Part shown: one piece after another, positions 9,083 through 19,722 of the stretch
How positions within the stretch are numbered: position 1 is the stretch's first letter
How the letters are laid out: every line of letters begins with the position of its first letter
Position numbers and translations under genes: made by a program
Assembly: GCA_963713045.1 (NCBI GenBank)
Contig: CAVQKE010000001.1
Location: 64,001 to 128,000, forward strand
From: an uncultured delta proteobacterium
Lineage (GTDB): Bacteria > Myxococcota > Myxococcia > Myxococcales > Myxococcaceae
Length of the DNA stretch: 64,000 nucleotides
Direction of reading: 5' to 3'
The notes under the pieces: model-generated
Database searches by the model: none
The model's input: only the letters and a program-made list of their open reading frames with translations
What the model was told of the DNA's origin: nothing

Positions 9083-9284
9083 CGCGCAATGCCCCGACAT
9101 TGGCCTGCGGTGGGGCTTGGGCGCTTCGGCGCTTGACACCCCGCCGGGGCGCATTTGTTGCGACCCCGTCAACTGCTGCAGCGCGTCAACTCCTCGAAAA
9201 GCTTGGCGCAGTGGGGCGTCACACGGCGGCAAGCTGCTTGCGTCCGGTTTGCAGCCCGGCTGGGGAAGGCTGCCGCAGGGTAAA

Positions 9285-9357
9285 TGAGAGCGGAGGGAAT
9301 CGAACCCACAACCTATGGATTAAGAGTCCATTGCTCTGCCAATTGAGCTACGCTCCC
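9285..9357 (-). tRNA. tRNA-Lys (CTT)
   Basis: GGGAGCGTAGCTCAATTGGCAGAGC...anticodon loop CTCTTAA...GGTTCGATTCC...CGCTCTCA; no encoded CCA. Confidence 0.97.
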
Positions 9358-9377
9358 CCGCCTGCGCGAGGCGCGGG

Positions 9378-9406
9378 CTTGTACTGAGGGGCCCCCGGGA
9401 AGTCAA
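9378..9406 (-). promoter_or_regulatory. Sigma70-type promoter of tRNA-Lys
   Basis: TTGACT-N17-TACAAG on the minus strand. Confidence 0.55.
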
Positions 9407-9503
9407 CGTGGGTGGGGTGCCTTCGCTTTTCGCCCCGGAGGAGTAGACTTCCTGACTGGTGGGGCTCCCCACGAGGGGACGGGACCCTGCGGTGGAGGTT
9501 GTT

Positions 9504-10685
9504 ATGGCGCCGCGTCCTTTCCGCATGCGCCTGTGTCTCGGTGCAGCCGTGCTGTGGGCGCTTGCCGGATGCGCCACGACCGCCGTCACTTCCACGCCAA
9601 GCGGTCCGACCTGGCTTCAGGACGGCATCGCCCGCGGGCTTCCCATGGAAGACCCGCTGCAATTCAGTAGCTTCGCCAAGGACACCATCGCCCTGCGCGC
9701 CTCCCAAGGGCCCGGGGAACGTGCTCGGATGCAGGGGCTGGTGCGTTACCTGGTGGACAAGGACGGCCTCAACTTTCGCTACGTCCACACCCGCACCCTC
9801 AACGCCGAGGCGGCCTTCGAGGCCGCCGAGGGCGACTGCATGAGCTACGCGATGCTCTACGTGGCAGCGGCCCGGAGCATGGGGCTCGAGGTGCACTTCG
9901 TGCGCATCACCACCTTGCCCGTCTCCTGGGAGGAGGGGGGACGCTTCTTCACGGCGTCTCACATCGCTGTCGCGCATGGCATGGACACGGGCGCGGACGC
10001 CATGGTGGTGGACTTCTCTGCCACCCACACCACGGAATGGCGCTTCTCTCTGTACACCGCCATCGACGATGAGACCGCCTTCGTCCTCTTCCACAGCAAC
10101 AAGGCGGTCGAGCTTTTGCTCCACGACAAACCGGTGGAGGCCGAACACCTCCTGAATTACCTTCTCGCCCACGCCCCGGTGGTTCCGGAGGTCTACAACA
10201 ACCTCGGCATCGCGCTGATGCGCGAGCACCGCCCCGAGGAGGCCACCGAGCTGTACGGGGAGGCCATCGAGCGTTTTCCGCGCTTCGTCCCGCTCTACAG
10301 CAATGCGCTGGCCGCCGCGGCAGCCAGCGGCATGCCGGACCTGGTGAAGCTGTGGAAGACGGAGGGGAAGAAGGTGGCGGAACGCGACCCCGCCTTCAGC
10401 TTTGCCCAGGGCATGTTGGCCTTCCGCAACGCTGACTTCCCGGCCGCGGCCGAGCACTTTGCTCGGGCGCTGGAGACACAGCCGAACGACCTCACGCTGC
10501 TCGCCTGGACTGCGCGCGCCCACCTGTCGGCCGGAGACTTGGACCACGGCCGGCAAGACGTCGAGCGCATCCAGCAGCAGGCTCCCTCGGAGGAGCAGCG
10601 CAGCCTCCTCGGCGCCCTGCAGCGCGAGTTCCCGGCCGCCGGCATCGTGTTGCCGGCGTCGCCTCCCTCGGCGGCGCGCTCCTAG
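9504..10685 (+). CDS. Transglutaminase-like domain + TPR lipoprotein
   Basis: Lipobox LAGC; GDCMSYAMLYVAAARSMG, SHI, VVDF (Cys-His-Asp triad); TPRs such as YNNLGIAL; RBS GGAGGT. Confidence 0.85.
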   Translation: MAPRPFRMRLCLGAAVLWALAGCATTAVTSTPSGPTWLQDGIARGLPMEDPLQFSSFAKDTIALRASQGPGERARMQGLVRYLVDKDGLNFRYVHTRTLNAEAAFEAAEGDCMSYAMLYVAAARSMGLEVHFVRITTLPVSWEEGGRFFTASHIAVAHGMDTGADAMVVDFSATHTTEWRFSLYTAIDDETAFVLFHSNKAVELLLHDKPVEAEHLLNYLLAHAPVVPEVYNNLGIALMREHRPEEATELYGEAIERFPRFVPLYSNALAAAAASGMPDLVKLWKTEGKKVAERDPAFSFAQGMLAFRNADFPAAAEHFARALETQPNDLTLLAWTARAHLSAGDLDHGRQDVERIQQQAPSEEQRSLLGALQREFPAAGIVLPASPPSAARS

Positions 10686-10694
10686 TCGCTCCCC

Positions 10695-12627
10695 TCAGCC
10701 GGCGCCGGCGCGCGCACCGGCCGGAGTCAGCATCAGGCGCACTCGTTCAGCCAGTCCGTCGAGGCTGAAGGGCTTTTGCAAGAAGTGTCCGGACAACTCG
10801 CGCCGCAGCGTGGCGTCCAGCATCGCCTCGCTGTAGCCACTCACCAGCAGCACCGGAAGGCCGGGGCGTCGCCTCAGCATTTCGCGGTAGGTGTCGAGCG
10901 CGGACAAGCCGGGCAGCACCGCGTCCAAAAGCACCAAGTCCACCCCGCCCTGGTCGAGCACGGCCAGGGCCGCCTCGCCATCGGCCGCCGCCAGCACGCG
11001 GTAGCCAGCGTGCTCCAGCATCCGCACCATCCCGAGGCGGACGCTGGCGTCGTCCTCCACCACCAGCAGCGTCCCGGAGCCGAGGCGGTGTGGGGCCGCC
11101 GCCCAGGGCCGGTACCACCACGGCGTCGGCCTCGACGGCCGGCAACAGCACGGAAAAGGTGCTGCCTGCCCCGGGGGCGCTGTCCACCTCAATCATCCCG
11201 TCGTGCTGGCGCACAATGCCGTGCACCACCGCCAGGCCGAGCCCAGTGCCCCGCCCCGGGGCCTTGGTGGTGAAGAAGGGCTCGAAAATCCGTTCCAGGG
11301 TCCGGGGATGAATCCCGGTTCCACTGTCTTCGACCGTGAGGAAAACGTACCGCTTCCCGGGGACGCTTCGTGCCCGGGCTGCGAGTTCCGGGCCGGCGGT
11401 TAGATTTCCGGTGCGGACGGTGAGTCGGCCACCCTCCGGCATCGCATCCCGAGCGTTGATGCAGAGGTTCATCAGCACCTGCTCCAGCTGGGCGCTGTCG
11501 CCGCTGATGGCCCACACATCTGGCTGGAGCTCGACCGCAAAACGGACGTGCTCGCCGATGACGCGCCGGAGCAGGCTTTCCACGTCGAGCACCACCTCAT
11601 TGAGGCTGAGGGTCCGCCGCGCGAGCGGCTGCTTTCGGGCGAAGGCGAGCAGCTGGCGCACCAGGGCTGCCGCCCGTTGGCATTGCCGCTCGATTTCGGC
11701 CAGGTCGCCCTCGGCGGCATGGTCTCTCGGGAGTTCGAGACGGGCCATCGCCGCCGCACTCTGGATGCCGGTGAGGACGTTGTTGAAGTCGTGGGCCACG
11801 CCACCGGCCAGCATGCCCACGGTGTCCATTTTCTGGGTGCGCTGGACTTCGGCCTCGAGCCGCCGCCGGTCGGTGACGTCCCGCACCGTCACCACCAGGC
11901 TGGGCTCGGTGTCCGGCACCGCGGCCACCGACACCTCCAGCTGCAGCAGCGAGCCATCGGCCCGCCGGGCCTCGCATTCGCGGGAGCCCTGGCCCACTGC
12001 AGAGGAGAAGCCCGGCGGCAAAAAGTCCTCGGCGGGTCGGCCCAACACCTCCTCGGCCCGCACGCCGAAGATGCGCTCCGCCGCGGGGTTCATCGAGACC
12101 AGCGCGCCGGCCGCGGAAACGGTGAGCAACCCATCCGGCACGTGCGCCATCACCGCTCGCAGCTCGGCCTCGCTGCGGCGAAGGGCGGCGTCGGCGCGGC
12201 GCCGGGCGGCCCGCTGAACGGCCTCTCCGCACTCGCGCTCCACGGCGGGCCCGAGGCGAGTCAGGTTGTCCTTCATCAAATAGTCGTCGGCGCCGGCCTT
12301 CATCGCGGCGACTGCGTCGTGCTCGGAAATGGCGCCGCTCACAATGAGGAAGGGCACGTCGCGTCCGGTGTGCTGCAATATCCGCAGTGCTTCCAGCGCA
12401 GAGAAGCGCGGCATGCGATGGTCCGAGACGATGACGTCCCAAAGGGTGGTGCTGCCCAGCGCCGCGGCAAAACCCTCGGGCGTGTCCACCCGCTCCGGAC
12501 GGATGAGTCGTCCCTCCGAGGAGAGCGCATGGACGATGAGCGCCGCGTCCGCCTCCGAGTCCTCGACCAGAAGCACGCGTAGCACGTCTCGTGTCCCCGT
12601 CGTCCGCTGCGGCTCGCGTTCGCCCAT
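10695..12627 (-). CDS. Hybrid histidine kinase (REC-PAS-HisKA-HATPase-REC), frameshifted near 11090-11110
   Basis: VLLVEDS receiver, PAS (MNPAAERIFG), VAHDFNNVL, NLCINARDAM, GTGLGL. The C-terminal receiver (LLVVEDD...LQKPF) is in another frame; probable sequencing error. Confidence 0.88.
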
Positions 12628-12781
12628 CGCGTCTGGCGCAACATCAGACACGAAGTGCGGCGCCCAAGGCGAGGGAAGGGCCGGGCGACTGTGTACCCGA
12701 AAGAGCGATGCTGTGGGCACCTCACCCCGGTTGTCGCCTAGACTCCCCTGGCCCGGGGCGCTCACCGAGGGAGGTACGGCC

Positions 12782-13267
12782 ATGGCAAGCAGACAACGGA
12801 AGCACACCCGCAAGAGCGCTCCGCTGCGCACCACGTCCCGTTTGGCCAAACCAGCCAAGGCCGGAGGCGCGACACGCGCTGAACCGGCGCCCCGCATCGC
12901 CCCCACGGCGAACGCGGCCGGGCGCAAGCGCGCCATGCCCGACGTCGAGGTGGGCCTGCGCGAAAAACCTCCTGGGCGGCCGGAGCAAACGCGTGCCTTC
13001 TTCCTGGACGCGCGGCACGCCACCGATGAGTTGGCCGAGGAGCTAGGAGAAAGCTTCGTCCTCAGCGCCACCAGCGGCGAGGACCCGGAGGAGTACTACC
13101 AGAGCGAGCGTCCCGAGGAGGAAGGCGGTCCCTTCCTAGAGACGAGCGGACACATCGAATTTGCCCATGGCGTCGATGAGAGCAACCCCGAGGACGCCGA
13201 GCCGGCGCCCTGGCCGGCGGTGTCCCCCGGTCAGCCGCCGCCTCACCGCTCGGGCGGCCCCAGGTAG
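12782..13267 (+). CDS. Hypothetical protein, basic N-terminus and acidic C-terminus
   Basis: RBS GGAGGT, ATG 12782; DELAEELGESFVLSATSGED...EEEGGPF...DESNPEDAEP. Confidence 0.7.
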   Translation: MASRQRKHTRKSAPLRTTSRLAKPAKAGGATRAEPAPRIAPTANAAGRKRAMPDVEVGLREKPPGRPEQTRAFFLDARHATDELAEELGESFVLSATSGEDPEEYYQSERPEEEGGPFLETSGHIEFAHGVDESNPEDAEPAPWPAVSPGQPPPHRSGGPR

Positions 13268-14721
13268 CCGAGGCACCGCCACACGCGGAAGGCGCGCACC
13301 GACCGGGCCCCGAGCGTGACACGTAGCCACGGTTCGGCGCGCACTTCACGGAAGGCCTGGACCAGCCGCGCCGGGGGCAGGCCGAACGGCTCGCTGCCGG
13401 TTGGGTCCTGCGGCGCCGAGTCGACGAAGAGCGCGTCACGGCCGACCAGCTGGCGCGGGTCGAGCCCGGCGTAGTCGAACTGAAGCGCGCGCTCATTGAG
13501 GACGTTGCGGCCGTAGACTTCGAGGCGCGAGTAGAAGAGGAGCTCCGCCGTCGTCTTGTAGTCATCCGCCGAAAAGACGAACTCGCCCGGCCGGACGCGC
13601 GCCTCCACCTGTGCCGCAAGCGCCCGCCAGCCCACCCACGTGTCGTCGGTGCGCAGCACCACCGGGTAGAAGAGGAGCTCCGCCACAAACAGCGCGTGGA
13701 GTGCCGCACTGCACAGGAGATTCCAACGCAAGAGCCGCGGCCGCAGGTACCGTGCCGCCCACAACACCCCGGTGACGTAAGCCGGCAGAAGCCAGTTGGG
13801 CTTCACCAGCACCGCTGCGCTGAGAAGCACCCCGACCACCAGGACCGGCAGACAGAAAGCGGCGAGGAAGAGTTCCTCGGGCGAGAGGGCACGCCGCGCC
13901 AGTGCGCGCATGCCCCGCACCACGGTGCCCACCAGGAGCACCAAGAGCGGCGGAAGCAGCAGCGCCGCTTGCGTGCAAACCAGAGCAAGCAGGTGCCGGA
14001 CGCCGAGGCCGGAGGCGGACTGGATTCGGCCAGTCGTCTGGAAGAGGAAGGACGCCCAGCCGTGCTGGGCATTCCAAACATAAACGGGCAGCGCCACCAG
14101 CTGCGCCACCCCGACCGCGAGGTAAGGCCCGGGGGTCCGGAGGAGCCGACGGTGCTCTTGCGAGGCCAACAGAAAGAGGACCAGTCCCACCGGAAGGGCC
14201 GCCGCGGTGTACTTGGCGTCGAAGGCGAGGCCCATCAGTGCCCCGGCCACTGGCCACGCGCCGCGGGCGCCGCCGAAGACAGCGGCCGCCAGTGCCAGGA
14301 CCGCCAGCGTCCAAGCGCACACCAGCGGGGCGTCCGGGAGGGCCACCAGAGACAGCAACGTCACGACGCCAGTGGTGGAGAAAAGCAGCGCGGCCTGGCT
14401 GACTCCGGCCGGCACGAAGCGTCTGGCCAAGCGATAGAAGGCCACTTGGGTGAGAAGCGTGTAGAAAAAGGGCACCGCGCGGAGTGCCAGCGGGCGATGG
14501 CCGAACAGGTGAAACGAGCCAGCGAGAGACCAAGCCAGAAGGGGTGGGTGGTCAAAGTAGGAGAGCGCCGGGTGGACGGCCCAAAAGGCGTAGTAGGCCT
14601 CCTGTGGCACCAACTCGAAGGCCGGCAGAAGGAGAGCTCGCGCCAGGGCGAGGGCCAGTAGCCCCCAGCCCCACGCGGGGAGGCCCCACCACCGGTTCGG
14701 TGCCTGTGGGCTGGCGGCCAT
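13243..14721 (-). CDS. GT-C glycosyltransferase family 39 / ArnT-like
   Basis: PQEAYY...LSYFDHPP, PDAPL, AKYTA motifs; multiple TMs. Confidence 0.9.
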   Translation of the reverse strand: MAASPQAPNRWWGLPAWGWGLLALALARALLLPAFELVPQEAYYAFWAVHPALSYFDHPPLLAWSLAGSFHLFGHRPLALRAVPFFYTLLTQVAFYRLARRFVPAGVSQAALLFSTTGVVTLLSLVALPDAPLVCAWTLAVLALAAAVFGGARGAWPVAGALMGLAFDAKYTAAALPVGLVLFLLASQEHRRLLRTPGPYLAVGVAQLVALPVYVWNAQHGWASFLFQTTGRIQSASGLGVRHLLALVCTQAALLLPPLLVLLVGTVVRGMRALARRALSPEELFLAAFCLPVLVVGVLLSAAVLVKPNWLLPAYVTGVLWAARYLRPRLLRWNLLCSAALHALFVAELLFYPVVLRTDDTWVGWRALAAQVEARVRPGEFVFSADDYKTTAELLFYSRLEVYGRNVLNERALQFDYAGLDPRQLVGRDALFVDSAPQDPTGSEPFGLPPARLVQAFREVRAEPWLRVTLGARSVRAFRVWRCLGYLGPPER

Positions 14722-14906
14722 GCTTCTCAATTTTTCACCGACGGATTGGCAACTGTGCCCCTGGTCTGACGGCAGTGTGCCGCGATGCCTTGAACCGCGG
14801 AGACGCCGGCAAGAAAACGAAGGACAACCAAGCAGTACGCCTTGCAGTCTCCCGCCGCGCAGGCGTCCGTGTCAGGGGCGCGAGCGAGGTTCCTGTGGAG
14901 GCTTTC

Positions 14907-15407
14907 ATGGGGCCGCCCACCGACGCAACCGAGGAGGACGCCCCTGGCATCCTCGCCATCTTCAACGACGTCATCGCGAACACCACCGCCGTGTATCGCG
15001 AGGAGCCAGTCGCGCTCGAGGAGCGGCTGGCGTGGATGAAGTCCAGGGTGGCCGCAGGCTACCCCGTCCTCGTCGTGCGCGATGGAAACGGCGTGGCCGG
15101 CTTCGCCTCCTTTGGCGAATTCCGGGCGTGGCCCTGTTACCGCCATACCGTCGAGCACACCGTGCACGTCCGCACCGATGCACGCGGAAAGGGTCTCGGA
15201 CTCATCCTCGTCGAAGCACTTCTTGGCCGGGCCAGAAACCTTGGAAAGCATGTCCTCGTGGCCGGCATCGACGCGGACAACGCCGTCTCCCTGCGGCTCC
15301 ACGTTCGGCTGGGCTTCGAAGAGGTGGGCCGCTTCCGTGAAGTGGGGAGGAAGTTCGACCGCTGGCTCGACCTCGTCTTTCTGCAGCGCTACATCGACAG
15401 GCCCTAA
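14907..15407 (+). CDS. GNAT N-acetyltransferase (YncA/MnaT, phosphinothricin-acetyltransferase-like)
   Basis: YRHTVEHTVHV, RGKGLG, SLRLHVRLGF, VGRKFDRWLD; RBS GGAGG. Confidence 0.9.
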   Translation: MGPPTDATEEDAPGILAIFNDVIANTTAVYREEPVALEERLAWMKSRVAAGYPVLVVRDGNGVAGFASFGEFRAWPCYRHTVEHTVHVRTDARGKGLGLILVEALLGRARNLGKHVLVAGIDADNAVSLRLHVRLGFEEVGRFREVGRKFDRWLDLVFLQRYIDRP

Positions 15408-15488
15408 CGCCAAAGGGCAGCCACGCCGCGCCTTGGGGGTGTCGCCCTACACGGTACGGCCACTGCCGTAGGCACCGCCGACTGGCCA

Positions 15489-16858
15489 TCAGGGCTCGAA
15501 GACCTCGGCCGCCTCCGTCGACTCAAGCTCCTCCTCCTCGCCCTGGGTCTCGCCGCTGCGGTCGAGGGCCACTTTGAAAAGCACCGGCCCCACCATCTCG
15601 TTCATCGCCACCGTGGCCACCGCCAAGGCACCCAGTCCAGCTCCGAAGGCGGGGAATTCGCTCTGGATGCTGCTGGAAATGCCCAGCGCAAGTCCGGCCT
15701 GGGACACCAGCCCCGACCATCCCCAGCGCCGCAGCGCGGGGGGTCTTCGGCAAGACGGCTGGCCACGCGGCCGGCAACCCACGAGGTCACGCCGCGCGAG
15801 ACGACGAAGAGCAGTGCTACTGGCCACAGCACCCGCAGCACGGGAAGGTCGAGATGGGCGCCGGCCACACCGAAGAAGACGACGTACACCACCTCGCCCA
15901 TCGACTCGATGGAGGTGACGAAGCGGGCCCCCTGCTTCGACAAATTCTGCACCACGAAGCCGGCGGTCATGAAAATCAACAGCCAATCGAAGTGCAGGTA
16001 GTCGAACAGTTCCGTGAAGACGAGACCCAGGGCGATGAGGAGCAGCGCCAGCCCCTTGCCGCTCCCGAGACGCAGGTACGCGGCCAGCAACAGTCCCAGC
16101 GTCGTTCCCACCGAGATGCTCCCCATCAGCTCCACCCCGAGCTCCCGGAATGCCGCCATGGAAAACGTCGACCCGGGGAGAATGAGTGGGCGGGCGACGG
16201 TCATCACCAACGCGAGCAGCACCACCACCACCACGTCCGAGGACATGACAAAGTTGAGGGTGAAGGTGGCCAGGGGACCCTGGGCGCGCGTCTGGGAGAG
16301 AATGCCAAGCGTGGCCGAGGGACTGCGGGTGACCGCGACAACGCCCCACAAAAGTGCAACGCCCACCACCCCTGCGGTAGGCACGCCCGCCAAAAAGGGG
16401 AGCAGCGGGCGAGCTGCAATGAAGACGGTGGCCAGCACCACCATCACCAGCAGGTTCTGCCAGAGGGTGGCCCAGGCCAGGCTCCGAAAGCCACTCTTCA
16501 ACGCGGCGAGTTTCAACTCTGCGCCACCCGCCAGGGCAATGAGGGAGAGCGCAAGCTGGTTGACCGGCGCCAGGTCCTCGACGGACTGGTGGTCCACCAT
16601 GCCCAGCGCGTAGGGGCCCGTCGCCACCCCGGCCAAGAGGTACCCGGTGAGGTGGGGCAGCCCGACCAACTCGAGGAGGTTGGCCAGCACCGCGCCGCCC
16701 ATCAGCAGAATGCCGACCGAGGCGATGGTCCCGGCGCCACTGCCGAACGCCGGGAAGAGTCGGCGGGCCGCCACCAACAGGGCCAGCAGGACGAGCACCA
16801 CGACGGCTTCAAGAAGCCGCTCGCCGAGCGGCCTCGGGGCCTCCTCGGCACCACTCAT
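15489..16858 (-). CDS. Cation:proton antiporter (CPA2-like), frameshifted near 15740
   Basis: LPHLTGYLLAG, GAEL, SPSAT, FFGVAGA. The C-terminus (GLVSQAGLALG...NEMVGP) continues in another frame after a homopolymer run. Confidence 0.85.
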
Positions 16859-18096
16859 GAAGTGGCCCCGACGGCACCCGCTGCAACAGGTGCGCTCGGG
16901 CTCTCGTTCAACTCCCCCGCCCGGCCCATTGCTCGACGAAGGCTGGCTGGGCCAAGCAGCTCGCCCACCACCACGCTGGTGGTCGACGCCGCCAGGACGG
17001 TCGCCCCCACCATCCCCGGAAAAGCGAGGGCGAAGGACAGCCCGACGGCGATGCTGAGGGCGCCGGAGGAGACGAGGCCCAACCCCAGCCCCGGCCCGGC
17101 GGGCCGAGCCTCCGGCCAGACGGCCCACAGCCCGACCCCGCTCAGCAGCTTCATCAGCAGGCGCGCAGCCACGGCCGCTCCCACGAACCACCGCACCGCC
17201 CCGTCCAGGGTCGTCATCGCACCGGCTACAAGAAGCACCGGGAGGAGGACAAAGCGCTCGGAGATTGCTGCCCGTCGCACGCGGGCGCGGTGGCGGGAAA
17301 CGGTGGCCAGCCCGAGCCCGAGTCCAAAGGGGACCGCCAACAGCGACTGGCCCAGTCGGACGGTGAAGCCGATGGCGATGAGAGTGACGCCGAGCAGCAC
17401 GCCGCGGAAGACGTTGAGGCGGAACGTTCGGCCGAGCATCAATGCCGCCGCCACACCCAAGAGCCATCCGATGAGGGGCTGCGCGGCAGCCTCGGCGGCG
17501 ACTGGCAGCGGACCGAAGACGGAAGGAAGGGGCTGCAAGGCCACAGCGACCGCGGCGAGGCTGATTGGCACCAGGTCATCCCCAGCAGCCAGGTCGGCCA
17601 GTCGGCTGAAGAGGGGTCCGCGGGCGCCGTAGCGCTGGGCCGCCCATCGGAAGACAGAACGCGTCGTTTCAGAGAGCGCGGCGCCGGTGCCAAGCACCAG
17701 CACCCAGCGTTCCCGGTCAGACAGTCCGGCCGGCGCAGCCCACGGCAACCACGTCAGGCACAACAGGACAGCTGCCCCCACCCCAACGGCACACACCAGC
17801 GCCAAGGCGATGCCCCAAAGCGCGCTCAACGGCCGCACCGGACGACCCAGCACCCGTCCAAACACCAGGCCCGCGTCCATGGCCAACCAGCCGACCCCAA
17901 CCTGGGCCAGTGGGGTAAAAAGTTCCAGGCTGTCCTGAGAGACGAGGTCAAGCACCGTCGGGCCGGCTGCGAAGCCAAGCATCACCACCCCGGCCCCAGA
18001 GGCCAACCCTCGCGCCGGCACCTTCCGTCCGCCCACCACGAAGCCGCCCAGGTAGGAGGCAACGAGGAGCAGCCCGAGGAGGGCAAGACCCGTCAT
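16855..18096 (-). CDS. Divergent cation:proton antiporter-like membrane protein
   Basis: About 12 hydrophobic segments, GDD motif, GELLGP C-terminal motif like CPA2; ATGA coupling to both neighbours. Confidence 0.7.
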   Translation of the reverse strand: MTGLALLGLLLVASYLGGFVVGGRKVPARGLASGAGVVMLGFAAGPTVLDLVSQDSLELFTPLAQVGVGWLAMDAGLVFGRVLGRPVRPLSALWGIALALVCAVGVGAAVLLCLTWLPWAAPAGLSDRERWVLVLGTGAALSETTRSVFRWAAQRYGARGPLFSRLADLAAGDDLVPISLAAVAVALQPLPSVFGPLPVAAEAAAQPLIGWLLGVAAALMLGRTFRLNVFRGVLLGVTLIAIGFTVRLGQSLLAVPFGLGLGLATVSRHRARVRRAAISERFVLLPVLLVAGAMTTLDGAVRWFVGAAVAARLLMKLLSGVGLWAVWPEARPAGPGLGLGLVSSGALSIAVGLSFALAFPGMVGATVLAASTTSVVVGELLGPASLRRAMGRAGELNESPSAPVAAGAVGATS

Positions 18097-19598
18097 GGGT
18101 GGTCTCCGGCCTCTCCCAGCGATGCGAGTTGAACGCCGGCGTCCTTGAGGACGCTGGCCACCCGGAGGCCGATGTCCTCGTAGCTTGAGGTGACGCGGTA
18201 CACTGCGCCGGCGGCGTCCAAGGCAGTCAGCTCGACCCGCGCCCCGGAGGCGTGCGACCCGGCGGCGTGTAACAACAGGGACTGGACGCGGGTTTGGTCC
18301 TCGCTGCCGCCGACAGCGACCTCAAATCTGTTGAGCGGGGCAGACCCGAGGACGCGGGTTGGCTGAAAGAGCGAAACCAAGTGCGGGATGCGGACCGGTC
18401 GGCCCGCTGCGTCCTCCAGCACCACCGACAGGAGGTCGACCTCCTTCACCGTCCCCACCTTGCCGCCCACTTCCGCCACCTCACCCACCCGCAGGCCCCG
18501 GCCATACACAACCGGAAGCCCGGCCACGACAGCTGCGAACAACGGCGCGCAGGCGATGGCCAGGCCGATGAGCATCGCTTGCGCCAGCCCGTGAAACGGG
18601 CCCGCCGCGTCGCCGCTGATGACCGGCGCAGCGAACAGCACCGCGAGGATGAGGAGAACCGCCTGTAACAGCGTGCTCGTCGGCTTCGCCAAGTCGGCCG
18701 GCACCCAGGCCAGGTGCGTGTCACCACGGGCGACGCTGCCGAAGAAGAGTCCGACAGCACGCAGGACGAGGTACAGCACCAGCCCCAGGACGCCCAAGGC
18801 CAGGAGTTGTGGAATTGCCCCCACCAGACGGGCGAACACCCGCCCGAGCGGTTCGAGCAGCATCCCGGTGATGCGGTCGCCAGTGGCGCGCGTCGCCTGG
18901 AAGAAGCTCAGGACTGTGTAGAGCCAGATGTAGACCAGGACGACTTGGAGGACTCGCTTGCCAAATCGCAAGACGACATGAAGGCCGCCACGGACGGCCG
19001 TTTGGCTGGCGAGCTCCACGTTGCCGAGGCGAACCGCGGGCGCCCGCTGCGGCTGCGCATCGAGCCAGCGCTCGGCCGCTGCTTCCAGGTCCCCCAACTT
19101 GCGGATGAGGAGAAACGCCACCAGGCCAAGGAAGACGGCCGAGGAGATGCGCAAGACTAGATTTTGCAGCGCCTCACGGCGCGCCTCGGCGTTCAGCGCG
19201 TGCTCGAGAGTGGCCTTGGCTGCCGAGGCATAGACGTGAAGGCTCGCGTCGCCCGCAGCGGCCGCGTCCTGGGCAGCAAGTTGAAGCACGGGCGCCGCTC
19301 CGACGAAGAGGGTGGCCCGGTCGTCTGCCTCGTCGAGGCGGACTGTCTTTGGACCCGGCGACTCAAGCGCGCTGGCCAACGCCTGTGTGGCATTGCGCGC
19401 GCGCACTTCCGCCGACTGGCCCCCGAGGGGGGCACTGAGGGGAAGAAGGCGATGGCTGCGGAGACGAACGTATGCCACCTCTTCGCCTGAGGGGGCCGCA
19501 GGTGGCTCGGCCGCTCGGCTCGAGCTGCCGGCTGACAGAAGCAAGCCGCTGGTCAGGGCCAAAAGGGGAAGGACACCGACTGCCCGACGCAGGCACAT
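18093..19598 (-). CDS. MscS family mechanosensitive channel
   Basis: Periplasmic N-domain, TMs, LRVGEVAEVGGKVGTVKEVDLLSV...VRIP. Confidence 0.82.
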   Translation of the reverse strand: MCLRRAVGVLPLLALTSGLLLSAGSSSRAAEPPAAPSGEEVAYVRLRSHRLLPLSAPLGGQSAEVRARNATQALASALESPGPKTVRLDEADDRATLFVGAAPVLQLAAQDAAAAGDASLHVYASAAKATLEHALNAEARREALQNLVLRISSAVFLGLVAFLLIRKLGDLEAAAERWLDAQPQRAPAVRLGNVELASQTAVRGGLHVVLRFGKRVLQVVLVYIWLYTVLSFFQATRATGDRITGMLLEPLGRVFARLVGAIPQLLALGVLGLVLYLVLRAVGLFFGSVARGDTHLAWVPADLAKPTSTLLQAVLLILAVLFAAPVISGDAAGPFHGLAQAMLIGLAIACAPLFAAVVAGLPVVYGRGLRVGEVAEVGGKVGTVKEVDLLSVVLEDAAGRPVRIPHLVSLFQPTRVLGSAPLNRFEVAVGGSEDQTRVQSLLLHAAGSHASGARVELTALDAAGAVYRVTSSYEDIGLRVASVLKDAGVQLASLGEAGDHP

Positions 19599-19722
19599 GG
19601 GCCAAGGAGCGTCACCCTGCCTTCCTCCAAGGTCAAGGAGCGTCTTGAGGCAAGAAGCGCACGTTGCTGCCCTTGGACTTCAGCGCGCCTCTTGCGGCAC
19701 CGGACGGGGGCCGAGCGCCGTT

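Noticed and set aside
11085..15750. Programmed frameshifting in the hybrid kinase (~11100) and antiporter (~15740)
   Set aside because: No canonical slippery heptamer; the indels sit in GC runs and are more simply explained as sequencing errors.
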